A stretch of 40,732 nucleotides of DNA from a virus. The notes under the pieces were generated by a model, which was given only the letters and a program-made list of their open reading frames with translations, searched no databases and was not told the DNA's origin. The stretch spans positions 1-40,732 of the IMG/VR virus record IMGVR_UViG_3300045942_000027. The stretch is one strand, 5' to 3'. Position numbers and translations under genes: made by a program. Shown here one piece after another: positions 26,164 to 35,354 of the stretch. Numbering within the stretch: position 1 is the first letter of the stretch; every line of letters starts with the position of its first letter.

Positions 26164-28511
26164 TCGTCTGCCTCCTTGCTTTCCTGCATCTTCGCCTGTG
26201 CAGTCGCAGCACTGATCTCCACGCCGTGCTCCTTTGCCTCAATGTCGGCGTCGGTCTTGGCGATATGGGATTGCGTCGAAACCTTCGTCTGGTCGATCTT
26301 GGCGCGCAGCAGCTCGATGTTCAGAACACCAAGCTCAAGCTCCTGAGCGTGCTTTTTTGCTTCCTGTTCTGACTTCAGCTGGATCGCCTGCACCTCATGA
26401 GCCGTCTTGGCCTCAAGCATTTTCGCCTGATGGTCGGCCAGTTGACCCTTGATCTGCATATCCGTCTGCGCTGCCTGTTGCTTGCGCGCCTCGTCAGCCT
26501 GTGATGTCTGCTGCTTCAGCTGTGCGTCCAGCTGCTTTGCCTGCATGTCGGCCTGTGTCTTCTGTTGTTCCATTGCCAAACGCTGCTGCTCTGCCTGTGC
26601 GGTTGCCTGCGCTGCGTCAGCCTCTGGGTTTGGTGCCGGCTGCGATGCCATGTTCTTCATCGCATCGGCAAACTCGCTGATTGTCGTATCGAGTTCGCGA
26701 CCGGCCCTGAACTGGCTGGCAACGTACTTGAGCATGTCCGACACCAGCGGCGCGGCCTGCGGCATGGCCTGAAGAAGCGGGAACGCCTGCCCCATATACC
26801 CGCCGACTGCCGTCACAAACTCGGTTGCGCGCTGCTTCTGAGCGTTCTCATCTGGGGCGATCGTGGAATCTGTCTCAATGTCGAGGATGAACGGGCGTAG
26901 ACGCTGCTCACGCAACAATTCCATGACCTGATCAATGGTCACGGTTTCGCCTTCTTTGCGGATTTTCTCCTGAAGCTGGGCGGTCTGCTGTTGCGTCTGC
27001 TGCTGGAGCTGTTGAGCGGCTTTCTGCGCCTCTTCCGGGTTCTCTTGCGCCTTCTGCTGCATCTGCGGATTAGCTATGGCCTCCTTGGCCTGCTTCCCTG
27101 CGGACTTCACCAGCTCCTTGCCCTGGTCTTCGAGAGCCTTGACCTGCTTCTTCACGTCAGCGTCGGTCGGCAATTCCATTTGGCTCATGTCTTCCAGAGT
27201 TTTCTGCTGGAAGTTCTCAGCCATGATCTCCGCGGCAATGCGGGTAATATCGCGGGCTATGCGCACAAGCTCGTTCTGGCGATCCCTCACTCGAATTGAG
27301 CCGTACTGGCTCTTCAGTTCCTGGGCTCCAAGCGTCTCGTTTGCGTCTGTCGAGCCACGCATGATGTCGGATAGTCCGGTGATCTGGTACACGTCATCAA
27401 TCAGTGAGCGTCGAAGTTCGACAAGACCGGTGATGGTCTGGGCAACCATATCGATCGGCAGCCAGATGATCTGTTCGCCAGAACCGCCGAATGCTGCCCA
27501 ATTGGCGATCGGCACCATGATGGTGCCTTCGTCATTGCGCGCCAGTGCGGATTCGATCGCTTCGCCAACCTCACCACCGCCGGGATAGAAGCCCTTGAGC
27601 TTGACGGCCTCAGTGAGAGCAGCGATGCGCGTCGTGAGCTGGTTGATTTCCTCGATCTGGTCCTTGTAATAGACGTAATCAGGAACCGGTACGAGAGAGC
27701 CAGGCTGCACGGTGGCGTAGGCAGGCCGCGGGCATGGGAAAAATCCCTCAAGTTTCAGGTGCGGCTCATCGCTGTCAAGAACAGTATCAACGCCTTCGAC
27801 AACCCAAACGACGCGGTCTTCAGACTTGGACCAGATTTCCCAAACGCCAGCCTTCTTGATCGGGTCGCGGTTGCCGTTTTCCTTTCGGTCGCGGTCGTTC
27901 TCCTGAAACGCAGCCGTTTTCCAGTCATCTCCGCCGAAGCGATCCTGCATTTCTTCGGCAGTCATCCAGGCACGACGAGCAACCCAATCGACTTCCTGCC
28001 ATTTGCGTGCTGGTGCGCACAACCAATCACGACGATCGACATGCTCGATGCAAACGCGCTCGTTCTTCTTGCCGCGCTTCTCTTTGTCTTCGTAGCGAAT
28101 CCATGCGCAGCCTCGTGCAAGGCGCGTCAGGTCGTCACGAATGAGGATCATCGTGGAATCGATATCCTCCAGTTCGAACTGCACCGTTGTGGCGCGCTCC
28201 AGAAGCTCGGAGGCGGTCTGTGCAACAGGCTTGCGGCCACGGAAGCGAGGCGTGACGACAGGCACGGGAGGACGCGAATAGATCGACGGGCCGAGCACCT
28301 GGATATTTGCCCAGAATAGCTGAAACTCACGATCACGCCCCACGCCGGCAAGGCGCGACAGATCAGCAAAACGCTTGTCAATGTTGTCGCACTTCTGCTG
28401 CCAGTCGTGCATCGCATTTTCGGCGTCTTCGATCAGATTGAGCCACGCCTTAGAGCTTTCAGGCTCTAAGGACGGGTCATAATCTGGCTGTTCGAACTGA
28501 GCATCAACCAT
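26160..28511 (-). CDS. Portal protein with a long C-terminal Gln/Ala/Lys-rich coiled-coil extension
   Basis: 783 aa, immediately downstream of TerL. About 250 aa of heptad-like QQ/AQ/KQ repeats at the C-terminus. Confidence 0.75.
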   Translation of the reverse strand: MVDAQFEQPDYDPSLEPESSKAWLNLIEDAENAMHDWQQKCDNIDKRFADLSRLAGVGRDREFQLFWANIQVLGPSIYSRPPVPVVTPRFRGRKPVAQTASELLERATTVQFELEDIDSTMILIRDDLTRLARGCAWIRYEDKEKRGKKNERVCIEHVDRRDWLCAPARKWQEVDWVARRAWMTAEEMQDRFGGDDWKTAAFQENDRDRKENGNRDPIKKAGVWEIWSKSEDRVVWVVEGVDTVLDSDEPHLKLEGFFPCPRPAYATVQPGSLVPVPDYVYYKDQIEEINQLTTRIAALTEAVKLKGFYPGGGEVGEAIESALARNDEGTIMVPIANWAAFGGSGEQIIWLPIDMVAQTITGLVELRRSLIDDVYQITGLSDIMRGSTDANETLGAQELKSQYGSIRVRDRQNELVRIARDITRIAAEIMAENFQQKTLEDMSQMELPTDADVKKQVKALEDQGKELVKSAGKQAKEAIANPQMQQKAQENPEEAQKAAQQLQQQTQQQTAQLQEKIRKEGETVTIDQVMELLREQRLRPFILDIETDSTIAPDENAQKQRATEFVTAVGGYMGQAFPLLQAMPQAAPLVSDMLKYVASQFRAGRELDTTISEFADAMKNMASQPAPNPEADAAQATAQAEQQRLAMEQQKTQADMQAKQLDAQLKQQTSQADEARKQQAAQTDMQIKGQLADHQAKMLEAKTAHEVQAIQLKSEQEAKKHAQELELGVLNIELLRAKIDQTKVSTQSHIAKTDADIEAKEHGVEISAATAQAKMQESKEADE

Positions 28512-29921
28512 TCAAAGCTTTATCCGTCTTGATGAGCTCGCCATGGGAGGCGGCGGGGCAAGGATTTTGCCCTTTGGAATGATGAGCGGAGGCGGCGTAT
28601 CAATCGTCGGAATGGAGCGCCATGAAAGAGCAAGGTATCGAAAGGCATCGGACAGGTGAGAAGACCAGTCATGCACCTCAGACGCCTTGAACGTCTTCTT
28701 CTCGTCGTCCCATTCGCGTCGGTATTGCTCTAGTGCCGAAATTCCTTGATCTTCACAGTCTGGGTGGAATAGGCACAGGGGCAAGGTTTTGCGAACAGCG
28801 TTGATACCGTCCATCTTCGTAGCCATGGGCACCAGAAACGGCTTGAGGCCATACTCTCGCATCGTTTCGACGCGGGTGCGGCCCGTCCCCCATTCCTTCA
28901 CCTTGGCGTCGTGAGGGACGAAATCAGTGCCGAGCTTCCACCCGCGCTCCTGGTGGCGATTGTGGACAACATCGGCGTAATGATCGAGGCCGACGCCAGA
29001 CTGCGAGTAGCAATCCAGCACGAACACCTGAGCACCGCGGACCTGAAACCACCAGATAGACGTGTCGTCCTTTACTCCGATATCCCACGCTCTGTGCACA
29101 GGCAGGCTTAAATCAGGCTCGCACTCTTCGGTGATCCGTCCTTCGCGCCGTACCGCGACCATTTCTCTGGCATAGAAGGCGCCAAGGATAGCCGCGTTGA
29201 ATGAGACCTCGTATTCCTGCTCAAACTGCGCTCTGCCGATGTCCTCGCCATACAGCGCGATATACTCCGACAAGCTTTCCTTGATCTGCTGTGGCGATAG
29301 AGCCCCTGTCTCGTGGATGCTTAACGTTTCAGCGAACCAACGCGGGTTGTTCCTTGCCATCTCATACATTGAGTGAGCATGGTTGCGACCGCGGGGCGTG
29401 GTAATGAAAGCTGCCCAGCCGTCGTTCTCTTCGATCATGGGGCGGATGTAACCCCAAGAACTCGGGTTGCCCAAAGCCCACTCAGAGAAAACCACGCCGC
29501 CGACGCCCGCGCCTACGAGGCTGTTGTATCGGTCAGATCCGACTAGCTGCCATGTGCTGCCGTTCCTGAACTTGATCTTCATTTCCGTGGCGTTTGGCTC
29601 GCCGTCGATCAGCTCTTGAGGGAACGCCTCGAATATGCGCCTCTTGCCCGTATGTGCCGATACCGCGTCCCATATGGCTTTGCGGCACTGGTTATACTCG
29701 GGCAACATGTGCCAGTAGTTGGCAACGCGCTCATGTGCAGCGATCGCCGTCCGGTGAAGGATCACGTCGTCCTTACCCGCGCGACGGTGCCAGATGCCAA
29801 TTGCTCTTTTGCCGCCTCTTTCCAGATAATCCCAAAGCGGTCGCTGGTACGGCCTTGGAGACCAGCCGTTAGGAAGTCTTATCCGCAAAGCGGACGATCT
29901 CCAGAACCATCGGGCCCCCAT
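28512..29921 (-). CDS. terL: Terminase large subunit
   Basis: Walker-A-like WHRRAGKDD near the N-terminus and nuclease-domain-like C-terminal half (VHRAWDIGVKDDTSIWWFQ, DWSSHLSDAFRY). Start uncertain: ATG 29921 or TTG 29888. Confidence 0.85.
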   Translation of the reverse strand: MGARWFWRSSALRIRLPNGWSPRPYQRPLWDYLERGGKRAIGIWHRRAGKDDVILHRTAIAAHERVANYWHMLPEYNQCRKAIWDAVSAHTGKRRIFEAFPQELIDGEPNATEMKIKFRNGSTWQLVGSDRYNSLVGAGVGGVVFSEWALGNPSSWGYIRPMIEENDGWAAFITTPRGRNHAHSMYEMARNNPRWFAETLSIHETGALSPQQIKESLSEYIALYGEDIGRAQFEQEYEVSFNAAILGAFYAREMVAVRREGRITEECEPDLSLPVHRAWDIGVKDDTSIWWFQVRGAQVFVLDCYSQSGVGLDHYADVVHNRHQERGWKLGTDFVPHDAKVKEWGTGRTRVETMREYGLKPFLVPMATKMDGINAVRKTLPLCLFHPDCEDQGISALEQYRREWDDEKKTFKASEVHDWSSHLSDAFRYLALSWRSIPTIDTPPPLIIPKGKILAPPPPMASSSRRIKL

Positions 29922-30150
29922 CCTTGCCGCTGTGCTCAATGCTGGCGAGCTTTGCATGCACGTAAGGCGCAGCCTTCTCAGCAGCCCACATGCGATCCTT
30001 TACGTCAGCCTGCTCATTGCGCAGTATCTCAAGCATGTATTCAAGAGGGGTTAGGCCTTCTGTTGAAGCCTTCTCCGCAAGCTCTCTGTTTTTCTCGGTC
30101 AACGCGCCGCTTGGCCGGCCCGCGCCTTCGCGTTTACCTCCGCGCGCCAT
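29869..30150 (-). CDS. terS: Terminase small subunit
   Basis: MARGGKREGAGRPSG...LTPLEYMLEILRNE...RMWAAEKAAPYVHAKL is a classic small-terminase pattern. ATG 30150 has AAGGAAA upstream. Confidence 0.75.
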   Translation of the reverse strand: MARGGKREGAGRPSGALTEKNRELAEKASTEGLTPLEYMLEILRNEQADVKDRMWAAEKAAPYVHAKLASIEHSGKDGGPMVLEIVRFADKTS

Positions 30151-30291
30151 TGTTTGATTTCCTTTGATTAAATTCAAACGAGGCAGCCTGTACGGCCTCA
30201 CTGTGTTATTCCGGTTTGCCCACTTGAGCGCCGCCACGCAAAATTATTTCATTCAGCCGGTGAAGGCCTGGCATTTCTCGATAATGTTTTT

Positions 30292-30549
30292 CTACGAGTT
30301 GAGGGCTTCTCTAGCCTGTGGGCCATCAAGCCTCGTCAGCAAACGGCTGATAACCTCATCTTTGGTAATCCCAGAGTCCGGCGGCAGATACTGCGCTAGA
30401 TCCTGCTGGCAGTCCTTCACGAGGCGGATAAGCTTTTGGGTCTGGCTCATCACCCTCTCCCGCTCTTGCTCTGTGGTGGTCATGGGGTCAGTAGCCTCGA
30501 GCTGGGTTATCGCAGTACCCATCACGGTCATAATGGCGGCTGCGCTCAA
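30292..30549 (-). CDS. Hypothetical protein (85 aa or shorter)
   Basis: ORF track only. First ORF after the non-coding leader. Confidence 0.4.
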   Translation of the reverse strand: MSAAAIMTVMGTAITQLEATDPMTTTEQERERVMSQTQKLIRLVKDCQQDLAQYLPPDSGITKDEVISRLLTRLDGPQAREALNS

Positions 30550-31320
30550 CTGGCGCCGAGGCTTGCTGCATATATGCCACCGTCATTGCATACCGAGCGT
30601 CTGTCTTCATCCGGGGCCGACGAACTTTCGGCTTCTGGCCAAGAACCAATCCACGGTTAAGGTTCTTGCTTTATCGCACGTGGCTTAGCCACCCCCGAGC
30701 ACACTGTGCCTTGGGCACATGCGCGAAAAGGTATGGGGGCCAAGCAATCCCGTCGCGACTGAGACATCTCGGCCAAGCTCCTGCATATTCGCCTACGGGA
30801 CCGGAACCCTCTATGGTGCCAGCTAGGAGGAGCTACCTCTTTCGCGGCTTCGGCTACTTGCGATCACTGCTCTTCCCAATTCGGTTTAAGCTTTGTCTCT
30901 CACAACACGGCCTATCTGATAGTCAACGTGTTTTGAGTGTCATGGGTGGTGGTCAAATAAGAACCCGGGGCCGTGCCGCCACTCCCCGGGCATTCGCAGA
31001 AGCAAAGATCATTCACGATGTAGCGGCCATCACGGTCAGAAACTTTGCTTCGTCTGCATCCCGTCGCTTCGCCTCTTCGGCTCTCACTGACGGGTGCTGA
31101 CATCGACAGGAAGGGAACGACCGAGCACTCCCAATCTTCTCGAACCGAAGTCCGCCCTTCCTGATTTGCTGCGAGGGCCACACGCTACCGTGGCTTCCGG
31201 GTAAATCGTGATCGGTTGTGCGTCGCATTGACGCCAGCTCCGCGATTTCGGCCCCTGCCTTCAATGGGGCGCTTCTGCGTTTCAGCGCCGCCTCGCATTA
31301 CGTTGCCCTGATGGGCGAAA
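30550..31320 (-). promoter_or_regulatory. 770-bp non-coding, hairpin-rich leader ahead of the packaging/structural operon (candidate late control region)
   Basis: No credible ORF in any frame. Many GC-rich stem-loops (30616..30632, 30638..30669, 30680..30692, 30705..30717, 30964..30990, 31109..31161). Confidence 0.45.
30952..30990 (-). terminator. Intrinsic terminator on the minus strand inside the late leader
   Basis: Minus-strand RNA reads CCCGGGG-AGUGGCGGCACGG-CCCCGGG followed by UUCUUAUUU. There is no T-tract on the plus strand. Confidence 0.55.
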
Positions 31321-31842
31321 TTAACCTGTTGCCACCTTCAAAGGGTTCGACCGCTGCGCAACTGGCTTACCTTCTTTTCGGTGCCTATGCGCATCTTTGG
31401 CGTTGTCTGAAGCATTACCCCAATAAAGATGCTTTGGGGTGACGCATCCTAGATGCCCATTGCCGCAACGGTGAAGCGCCATAGCCTTTGGGTCTTCTGG
31501 AAGCTTGTTCACCTTTAGGCACATTGCGCGGTGCGCTGGCATTCTCTTAAAATTGAATGTCACCATGCCACGAGGCGAAGCTGCTGTAGTGAACGGATAA
31601 ATTATGCACTGATCGCCTTCATACGCAGAGAAAAGCTTTATCCAAAGCTCACTAGAGCCAGAACGAACTTTGCTAGGGCAAACGCTATTCCCTGGCAGCC
31701 GCACCACTCTTTGCTTCCAGCCAACATCAACGTGCTTACCCAGGCATTGGGTAACGAACTCGTGAGCTGCTTCCAAAAGAAATTTGTCGGGGGTCTTCGT
31801 CCCACAGTATCTCAAGTGCATTGGAATTGTATGCCGGTTCAT
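31321..31842 (-). CDS. HNH (HNH_3-type) homing endonuclease-like protein
   Basis: AHRAMCL...HRCGNGHLGCVTPKHLYWGNASDNAKD is the phage HNH_3 signature. Confidence 0.75.
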   Translation of the reverse strand: MNRHTIPMHLRYCGTKTPDKFLLEAAHEFVTQCLGKHVDVGWKQRVVRLPGNSVCPSKVRSGSSELWIKLFSAYEGDQCIIYPFTTAASPRGMVTFNFKRMPAHRAMCLKVNKLPEDPKAMALHRCGNGHLGCVTPKHLYWGNASDNAKDAHRHRKEGKPVAQRSNPLKVATG

Positions 31843-31951
31843 GGGCGCATTTCTCCCATATGTGGGAGTTGGATGCTCCCGGCTTGGCCGTCGAGTATTC
31901 CCTTTTGTAATGACGAAAGGTCCGACTGAAACGCCAAATCACTGCCGAACA

Positions 31952-32578
31952 TTAGCTTGCCATCGCGAAATTTGCAATAGGCCCCTCGCCTTCAAGGCTT
32001 TCCAATTCCTTGAGAATCAACAGGACTCTTTCGCGAGTTGGAGCCGATAGCTCTTCCATGGCTTGCTCAGCAGCATATCTCATAGAGACCTTCTTTCGTC
32101 GGCCTTTTGGTAATATCAGGCCCAGCTGGCGATTGAGGGCGTTTCGGCGCTGTTGGTTGGCAAGCTTCAGCTTTGCTTCCCTCTCCTGCTCGTAGATCGA
32201 TTTGCGCTCGAGATCGGCGAACATGAGGGTGCCGATATCTTCCGCCTCACGAAAGCAGGCGGGGCCACCGTCACGTGATGATCTCAGGAAGCACATGACA
32301 CCTTCGGTCCTGCGCACCTTCTCGAACTCGCCGTCTGCGATGTTGACGAACACATACCCGACCAGCAACGGAAAACGCTTGGCGACAACCTTGTTAGTGC
32401 GCTGGTGCCTCACGTCCCGCCAGAAAGACGGCATGTAAACGTCAATGCCCTCATTGCGCAGATTGCGCTCGATAATACTCTCACCCTCGCGCTTCGCCGG
32501 CACGTTGGCAGCCATAGACGCCATGCGCTGAGTGCCTGGCATTGGTCGGATTGCGTACCACTTGGTGTTCGTTTTCAT
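31952..32578 (-). CDS. NusG/RfaH-like NGN-domain protein without a KOW domain (candidate late antiterminator)
   Basis: KWYAIRPMPG...ERNLRNEGIDVYMP...AKRFPLLVGYVFVNI...VRRTEGVMCFLRS follows the NGN consensus. The C-terminal 90 aa are charged and helical, not KOW-like. Confidence 0.7.
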   Translation of the reverse strand: MKTNTKWYAIRPMPGTQRMASMAANVPAKREGESIIERNLRNEGIDVYMPSFWRDVRHQRTNKVVAKRFPLLVGYVFVNIADGEFEKVRRTEGVMCFLRSSRDGGPACFREAEDIGTLMFADLERKSIYEQEREAKLKLANQQRRNALNRQLGLILPKGRRKKVSMRYAAEQAMEELSAPTRERVLLILKELESLEGEGPIANFAMAS

Positions 32579-32597
32579 TGCCGCCGCCCTTCTGCTG

Positions 32598-32801
32598 TTA
32601 CGAAAGAACCAAGATCGTGCTCACCTTGTCGCTGCCTTCGCGCGTGTAGCCTGCTTGGTTCTTGTAGAATTGTCCTCGCTTGATCGTCAGGCTCGGGTCC
32701 GGTGTAGCGAGGAGCAAAGCCAGAATGGCAGACTCCGTTTCATTGTCCGGCGTCAGAACAATCTGCTTTGTGCCTTCCTCTACAAACAATGCCATTTTCA
32801 T
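32598..32801 (-). CDS. Hypothetical protein (67 aa)
   Basis: ORF track. Starts 1 nt after the stop of the upstream micro-ORF. Confidence 0.45.
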   Translation of the reverse strand: MKMALFVEEGTKQIVLTPDNETESAILALLLATPDPSLTIKRGQFYKNQAGYTREGSDKVSTILVLS

Positions 32802-32802
32802 C

Positions 32803-32973
32803 TCAATCCCCTTGTTTGTTTCTACCGAGAATTCGCTTGATCTCGTCCATGCACGCAGATGCGCCGCGCCCCTGCTGGTATTGGTCGAGAATGCGATGAA
32901 TAGCCGTCTCGCGCTTCTTGCGGTCGCTATTCGCCGCCTTGGCTTGGTGAATTGGTTGAGGAATAGCGCTCAT
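32803..32973 (-). CDS. Small hypothetical protein (56 aa, below the ORF-track cutoff)
   Basis: ATGA overlap with the HNH-AP2 stop at 32970..32973. Open to TGA 32803..32805. Confidence 0.4.
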   Translation of the reverse strand: MSAIPQPIHQAKAANSDRKKRETAIHRILDQYQQGRGASACMDEIKRILGRNKQGD

Positions 32974-33578
32974 GTAGGGGCGCCCTCCCTTTCAGCCTTG
33001 CGAGCTCGTGCAAACTGGTTGGGGGGGTCGTCGGTCCGAGTGAAGCCAAGAACTCTCTCGGCAGCTTTTCGAGCTATGTTCGCTTCGTGCAGCGTTCGGA
33101 AGGCGCCCAAATAAACATGCCTGGGGCCGTTCCAGATACGAGCCACCCACCTCCCGTCGCCGGGATTGTTGTTATATTTGGGCTTCCAATTTACGCCATG
33201 GACGCCCGAGGTGTTGTTGACACGTTGCGCCGCGTTGCGCTGGTTTTCGCTTTTCGTGACCTTCCGAAGATTTCCCCATCGGTTATCGGTCGGATCTCCG
33301 TTGATGTGGTCTATTTCGTATTCAGGATAAAAGCCGAACTCTCCGGTCATCATCAACCAGATCACACGGTGGGCATGATAATATGCCCCGTCAATGATCA
33401 CCTTGCGATACCCCTCAAACTTGAGGATCGATCCAGCTGGCTTGCCAACCCTTTTTAGGTGTTTGGCGTATGCGGCGGCGGTAAATTCAGCCCGGGGCCG
33501 CTCATTGAATAAAAGTTGACCTGTCTCTGGATCGTAATTGAAATATTCATTCGCTCGTGCTTGTGTGAGCGCAGCCAT
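32970..33578 (-). CDS. HNH_3 endonuclease fused to an AP2 DNA-binding domain
   Basis: AHRVIWLMMTG...IDHINGDPTDNRWGNLRKVTKSENQRN (HNH), then SGVHGVNW...GRWVARIWNGPRHVYLGAFRTLHEANIARKAA (AP2). Paralog of 40201..40722. Confidence 0.8.
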   Translation of the reverse strand: MAALTQARANEYFNYDPETGQLLFNERPRAEFTAAAYAKHLKRVGKPAGSILKFEGYRKVIIDGAYYHAHRVIWLMMTGEFGFYPEYEIDHINGDPTDNRWGNLRKVTKSENQRNAAQRVNNTSGVHGVNWKPKYNNNPGDGRWVARIWNGPRHVYLGAFRTLHEANIARKAAERVLGFTRTDDPPNQFARARKAEREGAPT

Positions 33579-34203
33579 TTGGAGCTCCTACCGGACTACT
33601 TTGGTTAGAACCAAGATTGAGTTGCCGCTCTTTCTTGGTTCGATTTTTATACCATATCGGGATCACATTTTCACTGTTAACACCTTGTTTTTTCGACATT
33701 TCCAGAGATATTTTGGTTACTGCAAATAAAGCACTGGTATGGTCACGCCCGCCGAATACTCTCCCTAGTTCTGGGAAGCTCATATGGGGCTTAACAAAAG
33801 TCTTTACCTCCCACATGACTAAATGACGCGCCGCCACTACAGCCCTTCCCCTATTGGGACCAATGAGAGTCTCGTAATCTATCGCTAGCTCAACCGCTCT
33901 CAACCTGATGTATTCCTTGCAACTCAACTGAAGCTCACCGTTTTCCAGTAGCCATTGCTTGATGTGGGCATCAAAACTGATCGCTTTGGTCTTCCACTCT
34001 GGTTGTCGATCAACCACGAGATGTTTCTGTTTAATCGCCACCCTCGACGCCGGTGCTGCGGAAAGCTTTGGTGCATCATCAAAATATGCGATCGTCTTTG
34101 GTTCGGTTAGCTTCTTTGCCGCTTCAAGTTTTCGCATAGCGCGGGCTTTAGCCGCCTCGTGAAATGCAGCCTGTGAGGGCGTTATCGGCTGGTGCATGTT
34201 CAT
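33547..34203 (-). CDS. DnaA domain-IV (DnaA-box-binding HTH) protein, candidate replication initiator or regulator
   Basis: C-terminus RGRAVVAARHLVMWEVKTFVKPHMSFPELGRVFGGRDHTSALFAVTKI aligns with DnaA domain IV, including FGGRDHT. No AAA+ Walker motifs. Confidence 0.75.
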   Translation of the reverse strand: MNMHQPITPSQAAFHEAAKARAMRKLEAAKKLTEPKTIAYFDDAPKLSAAPASRVAIKQKHLVVDRQPEWKTKAISFDAHIKQWLLENGELQLSCKEYIRLRAVELAIDYETLIGPNRGRAVVAARHLVMWEVKTFVKPHMSFPELGRVFGGRDHTSALFAVTKISLEMSKKQGVNSENVIPIWYKNRTKKERQLNLGSNQSSPVGAPNGCAHTSTSE

Positions 34204-34562
34204 CTGAAACTCCTCTCCGATCGCTCTCTCTCGCGCCGGATGTACTCTTCTCGGCTCTCGGCCTGGCGGGCGACGGGCGATATGGTGTAGCTTCCGAATG
34301 GTGGTGGACGATCAGTGCCGGCGTGTGGAAGCTTGGCGCGAGCGTTGGTAAACCAGTCCGATCGAAAGCCTTGCCAACCGTGGAGGATCTGCATTTCAGC
34401 CGCCTCCTGTGGGCTGCCGGTCTTCTCGTATTCCTTGACGAGGAGCTTGGCCGCATACACGGTGAGGGGCTTCTTTACCGTCTTCTTGCGGTGCTCGATC
34501 AGAGCGTCGGCCAGATCGTCGCCAACGCAGTCTGCAAGAACCTTTCTGATGTCTTCGGTCAT
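34200..34562 (-). CDS. Hypothetical protein (120 aa), replication-module position
   Basis: Internal ATG 34562 overlaps the rusA stop (TAATG). ATGA-coupled to the DnaA-like gene. Confidence 0.5.
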   Translation of the reverse strand: MTEDIRKVLADCVGDDLADALIEHRKKTVKKPLTVYAAKLLVKEYEKTGSPQEAAEMQILHGWQGFRSDWFTNARAKLPHAGTDRPPPFGSYTISPVARQAESREEYIRRERERSERSFR

Positions 34563-34927
34563 TAGGCTGCCAATCCTTCCGCTGCTTCTGTAACAACCAC
34601 CACGCATGGCGCAGGTAGACCAACGCCCCATGTCATCGTGAGGCGCTGGCACTTGCTGTCATCCTGAATGACGCCGTGCATAACGAGGAAATCCGAAATC
34701 GTCTTCTCTGTGTTAGCTAGATCCCGCGCGCGCTTGTCCGGCGCCTCAAGGCAGATCGCAATGTGGTAAGGGCCGATGTGCTGGCGATGTCTGTCACGCA
34801 CGTGCAGTGACGCTTCTGCTATCCAGGCGTTATATCGTGCCGTCTTGTGCCGACCACGCTTGTTGCCGCCGTTGGCGTATGCTGCGTTGACGGATATGGG
34901 AAATGGGAGATGAAGAGTGACGCTCAT
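34562..34927 (-). CDS. rusA: RusA-family Holliday junction resolvase
   Basis: LPFPISVNAAY...RARDLANTEKTISDFLVMHGVIQDDSKC matches the RusA pattern (PxSxN, catalytic Asp cluster). Confidence 0.8.
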   Translation of the reverse strand: MSVTLHLPFPISVNAAYANGGNKRGRHKTARYNAWIAEASLHVRDRHRQHIGPYHIAICLEAPDKRARDLANTEKTISDFLVMHGVIQDDSKCQRLTMTWGVGLPAPCVVVVTEAAEGLAA

Positions 34928-35121
34928 GGCAACCTCATCTTCTCTTCAAAGACGAAGACAGGCAGATCGTCTATGATAACCTCGCCTGTCGCGCGGTCGA
35001 AGTCAGGCGATGCGCCCGCGCAAGCAACGTGGCGCGGCCCTGGGGCGCCTTTTATGGGGCGAAGAAGATCGCCTTCATTGAAGTGCTCGCCGCAGATCGG
35101 GCATGGGTTTGGAACAAACAT
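34924..35121 (-). CDS. Small zinc-ribbon-like protein (65 aa)
   Basis: Internal start MFVPNPCPICGEHF overlaps the upstream stop (TAATG at 35119..35123). Confidence 0.45.
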   Translation of the reverse strand: MFVPNPCPICGEHFNEGDLLRPIKGAPGPRHVACAGASPDFDRATGEVIIDDLPVFVFEEKMRLP

Positions 35122-35351
35122 TATCCCGCCCTCCGCTTCTGCGACTGCTCGGCGCGGCGGCAAAGCTCTTCGACCTTGCGTGCGAACTCCAAACGTCTGC
35201 GCTTTCTGGCAATGTTGATGTCAGGCCATTTCTTCGGTCCGGCGCTGAACTTCGATAGCCAGTCCTCAAGCTCAACCTGATAGAGCTGCGCTTCGTCGGC
35301 TATGTCCTGGTAGGAGTTGAAGGCGTGTTCGTTCTCTTGAGTGGAGGGCAT
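35121..35351 (-). CDS. Hypothetical protein (76 aa)
   Basis: ORF track. Starts 4 nt after the upstream stop. Confidence 0.45.
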   Translation of the reverse strand: MPSTQENEHAFNSYQDIADEAQLYQVELEDWLSKFSAGPKKWPDINIARKRRRLEFARKVEELCRRAEQSQKRRAG

Positions 35352-35354
35352 GGG

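Noticed and set aside
31139-31153. T-loop-like GGTTCGA sequences (minus strand here; plus strand near 31343) as possible tRNA genes
   Set aside because: No acceptor, D or anticodon arms can be drawn around them, and the one at 31343 is inside the HNH ORF. I found no tRNA in the window.
30550-31842. Group I/II intron, HEARO/omega-RNA-like element or other known large ncRNA associated with the adjacent HNH gene
   Set aside because: No interrupted host gene or exon junction is visible, and the flanking ORFs are complete. No group II domain-V-like consensus was seen. The HNH protein is 173 aa with no RuvC-like part. The region is kept only as an unclassified structured leader.
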